This document shows, piece after piece, positions 12,025 through 25,965 of a DNA stretch of 64,000 nt (positions are counted from its first letter, which is position 1; each line of letters opens with the position of its first letter). The DNA comes from Octopus sinensis (taxonomy: Eukaryota). The DNA is taken from positions 12,090,001-12,154,000 of the forward strand of contig NC_043006.1 in assembly GCF_006345805.1 (NCBI RefSeq), given 5' to 3'. The translations under genes were made by a program, and so were the position numbers. The notes under the pieces were generated by a model, which worked only from the letters and a program-made list of their open reading frames with translations, did not search any database and was not told where the DNA came from.

Positions 12025-13050
12025 GGGAAGGGCTGTTGACACAATCGTTTCATTCACAAATTGAATTCGTTGATACCATTTGCGGGTTCTAGCTCGCTCT
12101 CATACTGAGTGGAGTTGGTGCCTTCTGGTATCCAAATTCAATATATAATCATTTATGATATATAGTATTCTACGCTGAGAGAAAAGAAGTTCGGTAATAT
12201 AGAATTATTATTATTTAATATTTAATATTTAATTCGTATGCTTTCCTTAAAACTTGATTTCGAAGTACGTCCGTGGATACCTAAAAAAATGTATGATAGA
12301 TTGCAGTCAATTCATTCTCTCTTACCTGTTTTTGTGCTTCCAAATCTTTTTTTACTGAGATCTCCTTTTTATAAAGAAATAGCTCTATAACCCTTTGACT
12401 GCTATTTCTAATTCGGTATGTGGTAAGGCAACTCGTTGCTAAACCCTTATTGCTTAGTATTACTTAAATTTCCTCGAAGGAGGCTTTACATGCCGAAGAC
12501 TACTTGGTGTAATTGATAATTTTTTCCAAATAATTAATTTCAACCCTTCATATTACGGATACCATATTTATCTCAGTAGATGACCACAGCATCTTGTTTT
12601 GGCTAAACGCGGGGGGAAGGGGGCTGTTGACACATCGTTCATTCACAAATTGCATTCGGTGATACCATGTATGGTCTAGCTCGCTCGATCTGAGTGGAGT
12701 TGGTGCCTTCTGGTATCTCAAAATTCAATATATCAATTATATGATTATAGTATCTACGCGAAGAGAAAGAGTTTCGGTAAGATAGAATTATTATTATTTA
12801 AAATATTTATATTTAATTCGTATGCTTTCCTTAAACTTGATTTCGAACGTACGTCCGTGGATAACTAAAAAAATGTATGATAGATTGGAGTAATTCATTC
12901 TCTCTTTACCTGTTTGTGCCTTCCAAATGCTGTTTTTACTGAGATCTCCCTTTTTAGTAGAAGAATACTTAACCCTTTGAACTGCTATTTCTAAATTCGG
13001 TAATGTGGTAAGGCAACTCGTTGCTAAACCCTTATTGCTTAGTAGTATTA
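12025..13050 (+). mobile_element. ~590-bp unit in ~1.75 tandem copies, related to the 11251 element in opposite orientation
   Basis: 12025-12462 is repeated at ~12614-13050. Shares ctgctatttct..ttcggt.tgtggtaa and ctttacat.ccgaa.ac with the reverse complement of the 11251 element. Confidence 0.55.
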
Positions 13051-13054
13051 AATA

Positions 13055-13122
13055 AAATATATATAATATATATATATATATATATAATATATAATATATA
13101 TATATATATATAATATATAGAG

Positions 13123-13173
<51 letters not shown>

Positions 13174-13583
13174 AAGATCTAGTGAGGTTATAAATGCTAT
13201 TGGTATCTAGAAGACCCAAAGAGTGGCAGGTAATGGTAAGTGCTAAGGACAGACCATAGTCAAACTCTTGGTTCGATCATGATACGAGTGAGGAGTTTAT
13301 AAACATATACCTCTACACATATAAATCTGTAGTTATACATCTGTATGTATATATATATATACATATATACATACATATATATGTACACATATATACATGC
13401 ATATATATATATACAACAAATATATATAGTTATATAATATATATATATATGTATATATACATAAACTGATAAATATATATTATATAGATTGATAGATAGA
13501 TAGAGAAAGTATATTAACATCTATATATAGATATACATCTATATATATATATATAATATATACATTTATACATCTATACATAT

Positions 13584-13614
<31 letters not shown>

Positions 13615-13792
13615 GATATATATATATAAGTATATATACTAATACATGCAATTTATATGTAACACACATATATATACTTATATATACATGCAAACATATA
13701 TTTATACATATATATATACATATATATACATATATATGCATACATATATACTTATATATACATACAAATCAATATATATATAGATGTATGTA

Positions 13793-13831
<39 letters not shown>

Positions 13832-13990
13832 CCATGCATGTGCATATATGCATATACATCTATATATATATATAATCACATATATATACATACGTATATA
13901 TATGTACAGATGTATATAGACATATATACATATCTATGTGCATAATATATATATATGTGTGTGTGTGTGTATGCATGTATATATGTGAGA
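13055..13990. repeat. Mostly degenerate (AT)n/(GATA)n/(CT)n microsatellite field
   Basis: Directly visible; short non-repeat island at ~13175-13330. Confidence 0.9.
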
Positions 13991-14029
13991 TAACATTTTC
14001 AGTATTAATATTAATAGAATTAAATTGAA

Positions 14030-14243
14030 AGTATATCACATTACAATAGAGTTGTTATTGTATCTCTTTTGACACATAATACTGAAATAGTGTATGCAAT
14101 AGGAGATTGCTTCGAGCTCGCATTATGCAATAAGTTGAAAATGTTTTGGCCCATAACAATGTATGGACACTAAATCGGTTGGGTAGTTCTCGAGTTTTAG
14201 TGATGCACACATACAGACACGTTCTCAGTTTTATATATATAGA
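14030..14243 (-). mobile_element. Non-autonomous Helitron-like 5' fragment
   Basis: Minus strand begins A|TCTATATATATAAAACTGAGAACGTGTCTGTATGTGTG..AACTACCCAACCGATTT. No 3' hairpin or CTAG found. Confidence 0.5.
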
Positions 14244-14489
14244 TTATTTCGACAGACTGAGGACATAACTCTTGGTTTCCTTTCTTGTCTTTCGTTTTTC
14301 TGTTTTTTCTCACCTTTTCTTTTCTTGTTCCGCTTTTCTCATTCTAATATTTGCACTAATTTTTCGCTTTCTCTTATACACCTGTGTCCTTTTCGATTTT
14401 CTAAATATCAACAGTCACGTTGTGTTTTCGAGTTTGACATAGATTTCTCCCGTATTTTGAGGTTCCCATAACATGAAACGATTAGTATC

Positions 14490-14904
14490 TATTTCTTTAC
14501 TACCCGCAAGGGGCTAAACATAGAGGGGACAAACAAGGACGGATAAACGGATTAAGTCGATTATATCGACCCCAGTGCGTGACTGGTACTTATTTAATCG
14601 ACACGAAATGATGAAAGGCGAAGTCGACCTCGGCGGAATTTGAACTCAGAACGTAGCGACAGACGAAATACCTATTTCTTTACTATCCACAAGGGGCTAA
14701 ACACAGAGGGGACAAACAAGGACAGACAAACGGATTAAGTCGATTATATCGACCCCAGTGCGTAACTGGTACTTATTTAATCGACCGCGAAAGGATGAAA
14801 GGCAAAGTGGACCTCGGAGGAATTTGAACTCAGAACGTAGCGGCAGACGAAATACTGCTAAGCATTTCGCCCGGCGTGCTAACGATTCTGCCAGCTCTTC
14901 GCCT
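14490..14904 (-). mobile_element. SINE family A dimer
   Basis: Two units plus head. Degenerate TSD atgaaacgattagtatc / atgaaactgttggtacc. Confidence 0.9.
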
Positions 14905-16004
14905 TATGAAACTGTTGGTACCACGTATTTAAATATTAACTGATATATATCTATGTGTGTGTGGGGCGGGGGGGGTGTCTACTTGTATGAGGATGAGTGT
15001 ATTTTGTATGTCAGTGTGCATTCGTGAATGAGATACATTAGTCAAGAAAATTAAGGTAAATATATACACATACTTACAAACAACATACATGTTTACACAT
15101 ATTTGTGCTGAGCTAAAACTTGTTGATAAACTGCATAACATAGCACAAGATTCAATCGCCCGCAGCAGAGCACAAGTTTTATTCACGAGCATTTCGTATT
15201 TTCTATAGAAAACTCTCAGGCAGTAACAAAAAAAAAATTCAAATGTATTCATAACAGCAACATACTTTATAAAATGTTATTAACTAAAAACCTATATATT
15301 TTATGTGCATGGGAGAAGGATTATATTTACTTGTTATCAACTCGTCCTAACGATATATGATGAGATAAGACATGGATACAGCTGAAAAGGTAGGCATAGT
15401 TGTGAAAATTATTGAAATGAGTGAATGCTTTGAGAGGAAACCATCGGAACATGTAAGCAATGAAGATGTGGTATATACGCTGGTTTCACAGTAAATGGGA
15501 TTTCTTTTAAATAGCAATGACAAGTTTATGGAAAGTGAAACGAAGGACTATATTCTTACTTCTTCATTGGACAATCAGATATGTTTAGTATTATGAACAA
15601 TATTTCTGGTGTTTGAGCAAGCAGGGGAAAATATATTAAGATCGACATTTAGGAGTACTGTGCGTTCTTTAATATGTATTGTGATATATCCATGTTACTT
15701 ACATGGTAAATTATATTATCATGTTATTACATTTGCATAGCGTTGTGACGTAAGCTATTATCATAACGCGTTTGATGTAGAATAGTCTTGTATATATTTA
15801 AGCGAGTTTAGTTTATAAAAATGTTCATTGAATATCTGCAACATGCCATAATTTCTCCAGTAGAAGACGAAACATCGTATTGCATACTGCGTGTGTCTTC
15901 TATCTTTTACATGTATTAGTCATTGGAAAGCGACCGAGCTGTTGCAATACCTTGAAGATTTTAGTCGAAAAATCCAAGCACAACAACGCCATGATAGATC
16001 GGTA

Positions 16005-16180
16005 GCCACTACACCCATTTTCTGTCTCTCCTTCTTTTTTTTTCTGTGTTCCTTTCTGTGGAAGGGCGTAGGCTCGAAACGTTAAAGACTTTTTCAATTC
16101 CCAAGCGTTATACTAATACATCTGTTTGTTTTATACACCAGCTGTCTTCGTCTTTAGTTTTTTTTCGCGAATTCTGTACA
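16005..16180 (+). mobile_element. Short dispersed repeat (family H) with hammerhead-like motif; putative Penelope-like fragment
   Basis: ctttctgtggaagggcgtaggctcgaaacgttaaag followed by actaatacatctgtttgtt. Homologues at ~35815, 37605 and 37965. Confidence 0.6.
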
Positions 16181-16189
16181 TAAATTTAT

Positions 16190-16350
16190 AGACGGGCTTC
16201 CATAAAACTTCCGTCAACCAATCCACTAATAAGGTATTGGTCAAGCTGGTACTGTAATAGAAAATACTTGCTCATTATATCGCAGAGAGGAACCGACCCC
16301 GAATCCACGTGGTTGCAAAATAAGGTTCTTCAAGACACAGCTATGCTTGT
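16190..16350 (-). mobile_element. SINE family C, diverged 5' half
   Basis: gacgggcttc..ccgtcaaccaatccact..aaggtattggtc homology. Confidence 0.6.
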
Positions 16351-16707
16351 ACCTTTTAATTAGCTTTTTCTTTCAATTATTATTATTTTATAATTAGATC
16401 ATAATCGTATTCATTAACACTCCTCAATCAGAAAAATGATATACCATATAAGCAACAGCAACAACGAATTTGTATAGTATACATTTGTACATATGTCCTT
16501 TTTTCTAGACCGGCCTTGATTCAGCATAATTATGGCCGAATATGTTCCTGTCGTAAGTATCTCCTCGATATATGTCTATGTATGGATGGATGGATGCATG
16601 CATGTACGTATGTATGTATGTATGTATGTATGTATGTATGTATGTATGTATGTATGTATGTATGTATTTATGTACGTGTGGTTTGTGTGTGTGTGTATGT
16701 ATATATA

Positions 16708-17035
16708 TACTCTTAATTGTTTCAGTCATTTGACTGCGGCCATGCTGGAGCACCGCCTTTAGTCGAGCAAATCGACCACAGGACGTATTCTTTGTAAGCC
16801 TAGTACTTATTATATCGGTCTCTTTTTGCCGAACCGCTAAGTTAAGGGGACGTAAACACACCAGCATCGGTTGTCAAGCAATGTTTGGGGGACAAACACA
16901 GACACACGAACACACACATACTGAAACAAGTAAAAGAGTATACACATATATGACGGGCTTCTTTCAGTTTCCGTCTACCAAATCCACTCACAAGGCTTTG
17001 GTCGGCCCGAGGCTATAGTAGAAGACACTTGCCCA
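16708..17035 (-). mobile_element. SINE family C, 5'-truncated
   Basis: Near identity to the 29511 copy. Confidence 0.85.
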
Positions 17036-17445
17036 ATATATACATATATCTACAGGAAGAATTGGTTGTTCTTTATTGCAAGTTGAGCTACCCCATGGGT
17101 GTGCAGCGTAGGAAGTAGCTAAGGTAATAAAGTCAGTTAGAAAAGACTGTAACAGTTCTTTTTCTAAAGATATCAATAACTATACCCATGTACTTAAGAT
17201 CAGCGATGATAAAAAATTGGCCAGCTGGTAGAATTGTCTGCACATCGAAAGTAATGTTCTGCGGCATTTCTCGGAATCGATAACATAATGTACAAGTCTA
17301 CTAGGATTCGCCCAGAGGTAGGTAATGTCAACAAACAACTTATTATCGCAATTAGCAGCCAAATTTTCAAATAAGAAAATGTTACTACAAAATACAAAAC
17401 AAAACGTATATATGTGTGTGTGTATACATATGTATATATATGTCC

Positions 17446-17544
<99 letters not shown>

Positions 17545-17971
17545 TTCTCTCTGTCTCTGTCTCTGTCTCTGTCTCTGTCTCTCTCTCCCTCTCTATATAT
17601 ATGTATATATATATATATATATATATCAAAATAAGTAACAAGGATATACCAAATTCTGGTGCCTTTAAGTACCATATTCATCTGAATCTAAATTTTTACT
17701 GAACTTATATACATATATAAATATATATCAAGATAAATGGTTAAGTAACCGTAAGATAGATTTGGTTACTGGTTACTGAATCAATTATCATTATCTCAAC
17801 TAACACTGCAGAGATCCTGATGTAGACCCAAAGGAAATATACCCCAGCTGCGGATGACACCAGATAGCCGAAACTGTGGCAACGCTCTACACAACACTTC
17901 AGCACACTAATCGACATTCACCCGTTAGTTCAAAATATTACACACACACGTGTCTGCCTACATAATATATA

Positions 17972-18047
<76 letters not shown>

Positions 18048-18084
18048 GCACACACACACACACACACACACGAAGGTGAGTCAA

Positions 18085-18265
18085 AAAGAAATGTGATTAC
18101 TTGTTACTCAGTGCGAATGAGCGAAAGTAAGGTCGTGTAATCACTCGTCTTTGTCTGTGTGTTTGCAAAATTACGGGAAAACGGTTGAACGGATTTTCTC
18201 GCAATTTAGCAGAAATACTCATTAGTTGAGTGACTCCAAATGATAAAGATTTGGTTTGATTTTAT
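18085..18265 (+). mobile_element. Possible Helentron/HINE-like non-autonomous fragment
   Basis: gtctgtgtgtttgcaaaattacgggaaaacggttgaacggatttt resembles HINE/DINE-type cores. Single copy in the window. Confidence 0.3.
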
Positions 18266-18632
18266 CTTCAAACATTCATGAAAACATACATATATGTATG
18301 TATGTGTGTGTATGAGAGTGCATGCCTGTGTGTGTAGAGTGAAGCATTCGAGGGGTTTCTTTTATTTACGAGTTGAATTCTTAATTTTACCGGAGTATAA
18401 ATACCTCTAACGATGATACTTAAAAAAAAAAAAAAAAAAGATCGAATTTACAAATTTCCTGATAAACAAGATTAATCAAACATTTAAAAGCTTAATTCAG
18501 TTCAATTAAAAAGTATTGGTTTGCAACGTATTGTAGGCCGCACTATGATTTGCAAAAAAATTTAACTGCACATAGGATATGCATCGCCCCTCTGATGCCT
18601 TTTTTTCATATTATATTTAACTCTCCCTATAA

Positions 18633-19028
18633 GACGGCGAGCTGGAAGAATTGTTAGCACGCCGGGCGAAATGCTTAGCGGTATTTCGTCTGCCGTTACG
18701 TTGTAAGTTCAAATTCCGCTGAGGTCGACTTTGCCTTTCATCCTTTCGGGGTCGATAAATTAAGTACCAGTTACGCACTGGGGTCGATGTAATCGACTTA
18801 ATACCTATGTCTGTCCTTGTTTGTCTCCTCTATGTTTAGCCCCTCGTGGGTAATAAAGAAATAGGTATTTCGTCTGCCGCTACGTTGAGTTCAAATTCCG
18901 TCGTGGTCGACTTAGCCTTTCATCATTTCGGGGTCGATGAATTAACAACCAGTTGTTTACTGGGTTTGATATAATTGACTGGCCCTCTCCCCAAATTTTC
19001 GGACCTTGTGCATAGAGTAGGAAAGAAT
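18633..19028 (+). mobile_element. SINE family A: young unit followed by an older unit with type-2 tail
   Basis: Junction aaagaaata|ggtatttcgtc at ~18863; the second unit is diverged. Confidence 0.85.
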
Positions 19029-20264
19029 ACATACAATAGAAGAAACCTCGCTAAAAGCGATCGGAGTATCAAATGGTGGATGTAAACTTGGAGTACACAC
19101 ATACACACACACTAACACACACACACCCACACACACACACACGCGCACGCACATGCACACAGATCTGTCTGTCTACCAAACCATCCAACCTCCATCCACC
19201 CATTCATGCAACTTTCCACCCATCCATTCGCCAATCCATGTATATATATATATATATATATATAGATATATATATATATATATATATATGCGGTGTGTTT
19301 GTGTGTGTATTATATTTAAGAAAATTAATGCGAACGTATACCACTATGTACACATATGTTTGGATATACACGGATACACTCAACATACACACATAGACCA
19401 CGCGCACACACATGCATACTCACATACACACACATAGACAGACACATATACATATGCAAACACATAAAGGTGCAATGATTTTCTCTGTGCCAACAGGTGT
19501 GTGTGTGTGTGTATGTGTGTGTGTGTGTTTGTGTGTGTGTGCAATGACTCGCTTTACTGTGTTCTCTACCGCCGGATATTATTCAAACATTATAAACTGA
19601 TTTTGTACATCCGGCCATAACTTGTTATACCATTCTTTTATCCTAGCACAAATTTGGACTTAAATCAGATTGAGAAATATTTGCGTCTTTAATCGTTGGC
19701 ACAGAAGCAGAGAATTTTTAGTTGAAAATATAAACGAGTTTCACAGACAAAGGGCGACAGGGAGAATACTAAAACCTCTTTGACTGTTTGTGCTTGTCTG
19801 TGAGATGTTTTTGTTATCATTGATTTTTGCGTCGTTGCTGTTGTTGTTGTTGTTGCTGTTGCTGTTGTTGCTTTTATTGTTAATCAATGAAAGGCTAGAG
19901 TTTCAAGTGAATACGAAGACCTTCCAGCATTTTTTGACAATCGAAGAGTTATTGTAACTGCTGAGTAATTGGAATTAAGTCTGTCGTGGTTGCCCAGTGG
20001 AGATAATCCGTCTTGATAGGTGACAGCATTTCTTTTCTACTCGCTTAAATGCAGGATGAAACATCTTTCAATATTACAACACAGCTATCAAAATATCCTC
20101 CCCACCATCACCACCACAAAAAAGTGCCACAAAAAAAATATAGAGCTAGTAAAATGTTAAGCATTTCTATGACACGTTCTTCTGTCAGTAAGTTAATGAA
20201 TTACTTTTCTGTCTAAATTTATGTCCAAAACTTGCACCCCGCCACACACACACACATATGTGTA

Positions 20265-20358
20265 TGCAAAGTTACACACACACACATATACATTAAGATA
20301 TATATATTATATATATATACATATATATATGTATATATACAGATATAATTCTATATAC

Positions 20359-20409
<51 letters not shown>

Positions 20410-20461
20410 CATAATTATATCTGTATGTATGTATGTATATACATATAATAATATCTGTATG

Positions 20462-20492
<31 letters not shown>

Positions 20493-20567
20493 ATTTATAT
20501 AATTATATCTGTATATCTGTATGTATATATGTATATATATATGTATATATATATATAATATATATAT

Positions 20568-20602
<35 letters not shown>

Positions 20603-20637
20603 ATATATATATATATATAATATATAATATATATATG

Positions 20638-20669
<32 letters not shown>

Positions 20670-20716
20670 ATATTATATATATATATATTATATATATTAT
20701 TTTATGTATATATATT
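20265..20716. repeat. Degenerate (AT)n microsatellite field
   Basis: Directly visible. Confidence 0.9.
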
Positions 20717-21449
20717 TGTTAGCTTTACTTTTTCCATATAATGCGCATATTATTGCATTCGCATCTGAATCTATATGAAAGCATTCATCTAAATGAGAAA
20801 TGTCTCTATCTAGAAATTGACACTTTAAGAAAATAGTACAAAAAAAGCATCAACAAAAGAGAATGCTGGACGGAATCTTTTTATAAAATGTCTACAAGTA
20901 TTTGCTTTAATACACTGGAACCAACTGCCAATAGAGTTCATGAAGGAAGGGTTTAGGCCATAGAAATAAATTAACGGTTCCGGTTCCAAGAAGCAAAACT
21001 TGGCATAAAATCTGTCAAAGACAGGGAATGAATTGTTGTTGCCACTTATGTAGACAACAGAAGTGTTATGAATACCTATCCATCTATCCATCCATTCATC
21101 CATCCATCTCTATATGTGTTTATGTGCGTGTATGTGAGTGTGTTTTAATGTATATGTATGCGTATATAAGAAGGAAGAGACGGAGAGAGGGAAAGAGAAA
21201 GTGACGGAGTTAGATCACGAGTGACGGAGAGAAAAGTACTTTCTTGATAAATACCAAGATGCATATTCTTATGTGATTAGGTATCAAACGTTCTGCCCAG
21301 CCCCTATACATGTATGTGCAACAATGACATACATAAATAAATGCACACCCATACACTTTTGCATACACACATGCATACATACACGCATACGCACATGCAT
21401 AGATACATAGAAACACATATATATATATATGTGTGTATATATGTATCTG

Positions 21450-21487
<38 letters not shown>

Positions 21488-21685
21488 AATAGAGGGGGAT
21501 ACATAGAAACCCATACACACACACACACACATATATATATGTGTGTGTGTGTATATGTATTTGTATATATATATATATAGAGAGAGAGAGAGAAATAGAG
21601 GGAGATACATAGAAACACATACACACACACACATATATATATATATTTGTAAATATATATACATGCATACATGCATACACACAGT

Positions 21686-21764
<79 letters not shown>

Positions 21765-24700
21765 GTAGGTCCCGGGTTGAGTCGGGGTTAACCACAGTAA
21801 ATAAGGTACTCAATACATAGCAGAGTAAATTAATTTATTTATAGAAGGAGCTTCATTTTATGAAGCTCCTTCTATAAAATAAATAAATATATATATATAA
21901 TATATATACAGAGCGATAGAGAGAGAGAGAGAAAGTGGGAAAGAAATAGAGAGAGAGAGAGAGGGAGAGGGTGAAGTAGAGAGAGATAAATAGATAGATA
22001 GATAGATAGATGTATTTATATTTCTGGTTGCTGGAATGACAACAGACATTTACTAAGAAGAGCTCGGCATCGGATGTATTTAAGGACCAGCTGATAAATA
22101 AAGGGGAGAATTACTGCCTTTGATGCTGTGACATTCATGCGATTAGATCATTAACGACCACAAGAATAGCTTTAAAATCATTGACTTGGTTTCTGTTTTT
22201 CCTTTATAATTACGAGGAAAATTAGTAAGCGATGAAAAATACGACATTATCGGGAGAGCTTAAAGAAAACTGAAATAGCATCTAAGATGTTAGATAAGAT
22301 TATGTAAAGGGAACAGGGCAGAGAGGGAATACTTAAGCGATGTTAAATGCTGAGAACGTTACGTGTTCATGAAAGACGTACTTCAAGTTGTGAAATAAGC
22401 CTAAACTAAGCTTGAAATGTTATGTTGAAATTTGGCCTTAACATATACCTTGAACTTCGGGCAAACGCCGGTGGTCTTATTGTGATCGCTCAATCTTTAA
22501 AAGATGTCCCAACAAACTAATTTTCTTCATATCACTTCCTTACTGTCTTAGAAAGAAGCTTTTTATATTTTACCTTCTGAAACAAAACGAGTTATATCTA
22601 ACATGCTTTTCATCATTTTCTCTTTCTAGTCTGAACTGCAGCTAGAGAACAGTACAACGATAAGCATGACCACCATGACCACCACCCCTGACACAACCAT
22701 TTCCATCAATACAAGTGAGTGCATTCGGTAGCTTAACAGTATCCAATACGTTGCATGGTTCCCTTTTTGCTGACAGATTTCTCGCAGGAATCGATAAATA
22801 AGTACGTAACGAGATGCCATGTTGTTGTTGTTGTCGTCGTCGCCGTTATCCTCCTCCCCCTCCTCCTTCCTCTTCTTCTCCCCTCACTCTTTCGTTCTCC
22901 CTCTCTTTTCTACTTTAGTCTGTGGAGAGGAAAGGACTTCACTAGATTTAAAATGCCGGCAATAATTTCTCTCTGACATCACCAGAACTTAAGTGCTGAA
23001 GAGAGAAAAGAAGTTTCTGCCATACTAATACCAGGTCTGGGAAGGTCGGCATAGGTCGAAGAATAACACATCGTTTCAGTTAAGTTATAAAACCATAAAA
23101 AAGTCTATAATCGAGCGCAGATTATTTGCTATGGTTTTGGGGTGCTTTCATCAGCAGCTACTTTGATTTCGTGACTCATGAAGAGGTCATTCAATAATTC
23201 ATCAAGTAAGATACATCGTTTCCAAAACTATGGTAGCACATTGCATTGATAATGGTCGAGGAAGCTGATTATTTGAAAGGTTCAGTTTCACAAACAACAA
23301 GCAAACAAACAAACAGAGTAGCTTGATCGGGAATCAACATTACATTTTAAACGCTATGTATCATGTTACTTTTCAAAACCAAATGTATTTGGCGAGGTGT
23401 GTGGCAAATTTTCGTTTTAAACTTCTTAAATATACGAATTAGTAGGTGAAAATAATAAGGTTCAAAGGAGTTATTAGTCAGAAGATATAATTCTCAAAGC
23501 CTTGTTATTGTTGGTTCCAATTTCAGCCCAATATTTTGAAAGTTTCGAAAGGCAGTAGCTGTTAAAGGAGCAATTAATTAAGATAATGGACAACAAAGAG
23601 ACTATATTCGCCAGCAACAAAGATGGTTATATACTTGATACACACATTTATTTTTACTTCATACAATTTTAGACTAACAATTAGCAATAGACAAATAAAT
23701 TCAGTTATATGATACCGTTATAGATATTTCGTTTTTATCAAGTTGATAATGAACCATAATATATATACGTTGGGTTATAGACTATTGGTATTATGTGTTT
23801 GAAATTTTTATGATATCTTTTATCTACAAATCTTATAAAGCAAACCAGAATTTCTAGGATCTGGTATATATTGCACTACATAAAAATAATACAACACAAT
23901 TGCTTATGAAAAAATCGTAGTTCTGAGGTAGAGATTAGTTTCAGCCATGTGGAATATAAAGCCAGTTGTTAATAAGAATCAATTTAATAATGAATAGAAG
24001 TTCTAATTTTAGTTACCATGAAAACATAGGTGTGCCTCTCCTCCCTCATTTTGATACGTGAATTTGCTTACAAGAACCTTCACAGTATAACCATTTTCAG
24101 CAGATGAATGTGAGAAAATAGAGACCAGGGAACAGTTAGAATTGCGGGTTGCCTGGATGAAACCCATGCAATGGCTTCTTACTTTTGCGGTGGGCAGTTT
24201 TTCCTCAACTCTTTTGTCACAAGTGTGTATTTTACTTATTTTATGTAACCATGAGTATATCTCACCACACGACGATGTAAATAATTTTTGAAATATGATA
24301 TATGTATGTATGGATTAGTCCTGGTAACAAAATAACGGATAGGATGTTTATAATTTTGTTTCAATACACTTATCTTTTCCGTAAAGAGGGCAGCTCTTTA
24401 TGCCTTGAATATGAATATTGGCAATTTTCTGTTGTATTGAATGTACTGTATATAAAATACATTATATAATAGTACTATTTTATGCATCTTATTCATATTC
24501 ATATATCTGCATTAGGATGTGCAGGGTATTTTAATCAATGCTAAATCATGTAGTATTATTATTACAGGGGATGTCTCTGTTTTCCATCCATACCTTTTGG
24601 ATATCTAGTTTTCTAGACTTTTATAGTAGATGACATCCCCATAATTAATGTATAAACATCAAAGAATAAATCCCCGGTATCTAAGAGCTGAATTAATAAC

Positions 24701-25965
24701 AGGTCATTAAACTCCAACATGTTATTACATTGGAGTAACTCAAAATGGGTTTCGCTTATACATAATCGACTAAAATGATCTTTTTAAGAGCAACAAATTT
24801 AGTATCTGAGCAGAAAATCATAAATTTCACATATAGTTCATTCTTAAGTTACGGCTGTTTCATTAAGATAAATAGCGTCGTAAATGTATCATCATATAAT
24901 TCCGTTGCATAATTCAAATTAAATGAAAAGCTGTTTTACTACCGAATCATAAGAAATTTTGTGTTAGGTTAATAAGAAACCCAGCACAATTAAAGTATGA
25001 AGTATGTATGAAATTTATACTTTAATTTTTTCCACTTTTCTGCTAAATACTTGGATAACTTATAAATTTTCATCAGGTCACATTATCGTTTGATAGTATT
25101 TTTATTTCTAGTAAGAAATTGAAATACTGTCTCATCTAAACAACATCATATTTTGAAATTTCTTCATCTATTCTAACTTCAGTTCCTACGTTTCTCAATC
25201 AGTGTTGACTATTTCCCACGTTTTTCAGTTTCTTCAGGTATCGCTTTAGCATGGCAATCTGCTGTGTATTAATAATACGCTTTGGACACTTTTTGAATAA
25301 ATTTCTGTTGTGCCTCGTTTTCCCATCGCAACTAAACATCATTTCAGTTTCTGGTATACCTTCCATGGCTTCCTTGGTATCCCTGGCATTTTGGCGACAG
25401 AAAACAATATTTTCTTTCCTCATGCCTTGTAACTATTTGTATTAGGTTTCTATAATTTTTATTACTAATTATGTAGTCTTGTATTAGCTAACTGATTACT
25501 GAGTTTAGCCCATCATATAGCGAGTATCGTTGGATGTATTATTTTGTCATCATGCGCAATATCAGGAGATAAGGCTTACATACAATAAAATGAATATTTA
25601 ATTTTAAATATAAAAGCATTTTTACCATAAAGGTATAATTAAATAAAACAAATTTCTTATTTGCTTATATGCAATAAATTTATGTCGTTATATGTCTAAT
25701 TTTATCAACATAATCACAAACTGCTCCTTCAAAATTTTATCTCAGCAACATTTCTTGCAAATATGTATTTTTCAGAAAGTGTTAAGAAACTCATTCGGCA
25801 CTTCTTATATTAACATTCTCTGTATCTCTGTTTTATTGTTCCCACACTCTCTCCTTTCTGTGTAAAGCATGACTTGACAAAGCAGCTCACCAACTAATCA
25901 ACTATCATTGTATGGAAATAGATTCCTGGTAGATTAAAGTCCGCTTGAGTAGCTTGCTGACAAAT

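Noticed and set aside
14758-14943. Recurrent short ORFs MRNWYL..RPRKDERQSRPRRNLNS
   Set aside because: Antisense translation of SINE family A, not a gene family.
22565-22600. Minus-strand ttttgtttcag-AAG-gtaaaa as a 3-nt micro-exon
   Set aside because: Weak donor and short pyrimidine tract, expected by chance in AT-rich DNA.
23120-23270. Possible Tc1/mariner transposase remnant (MV.WGAF-like) and TIR-like ends at ~21290 and ~18070
   Set aside because: Too short and degenerate, with no paired TIRs.
25199-25423. 74-aa ORF as a host exon
   Set aside because: Better explained as the decayed zinc-knuckle region of the R4-like LINE.
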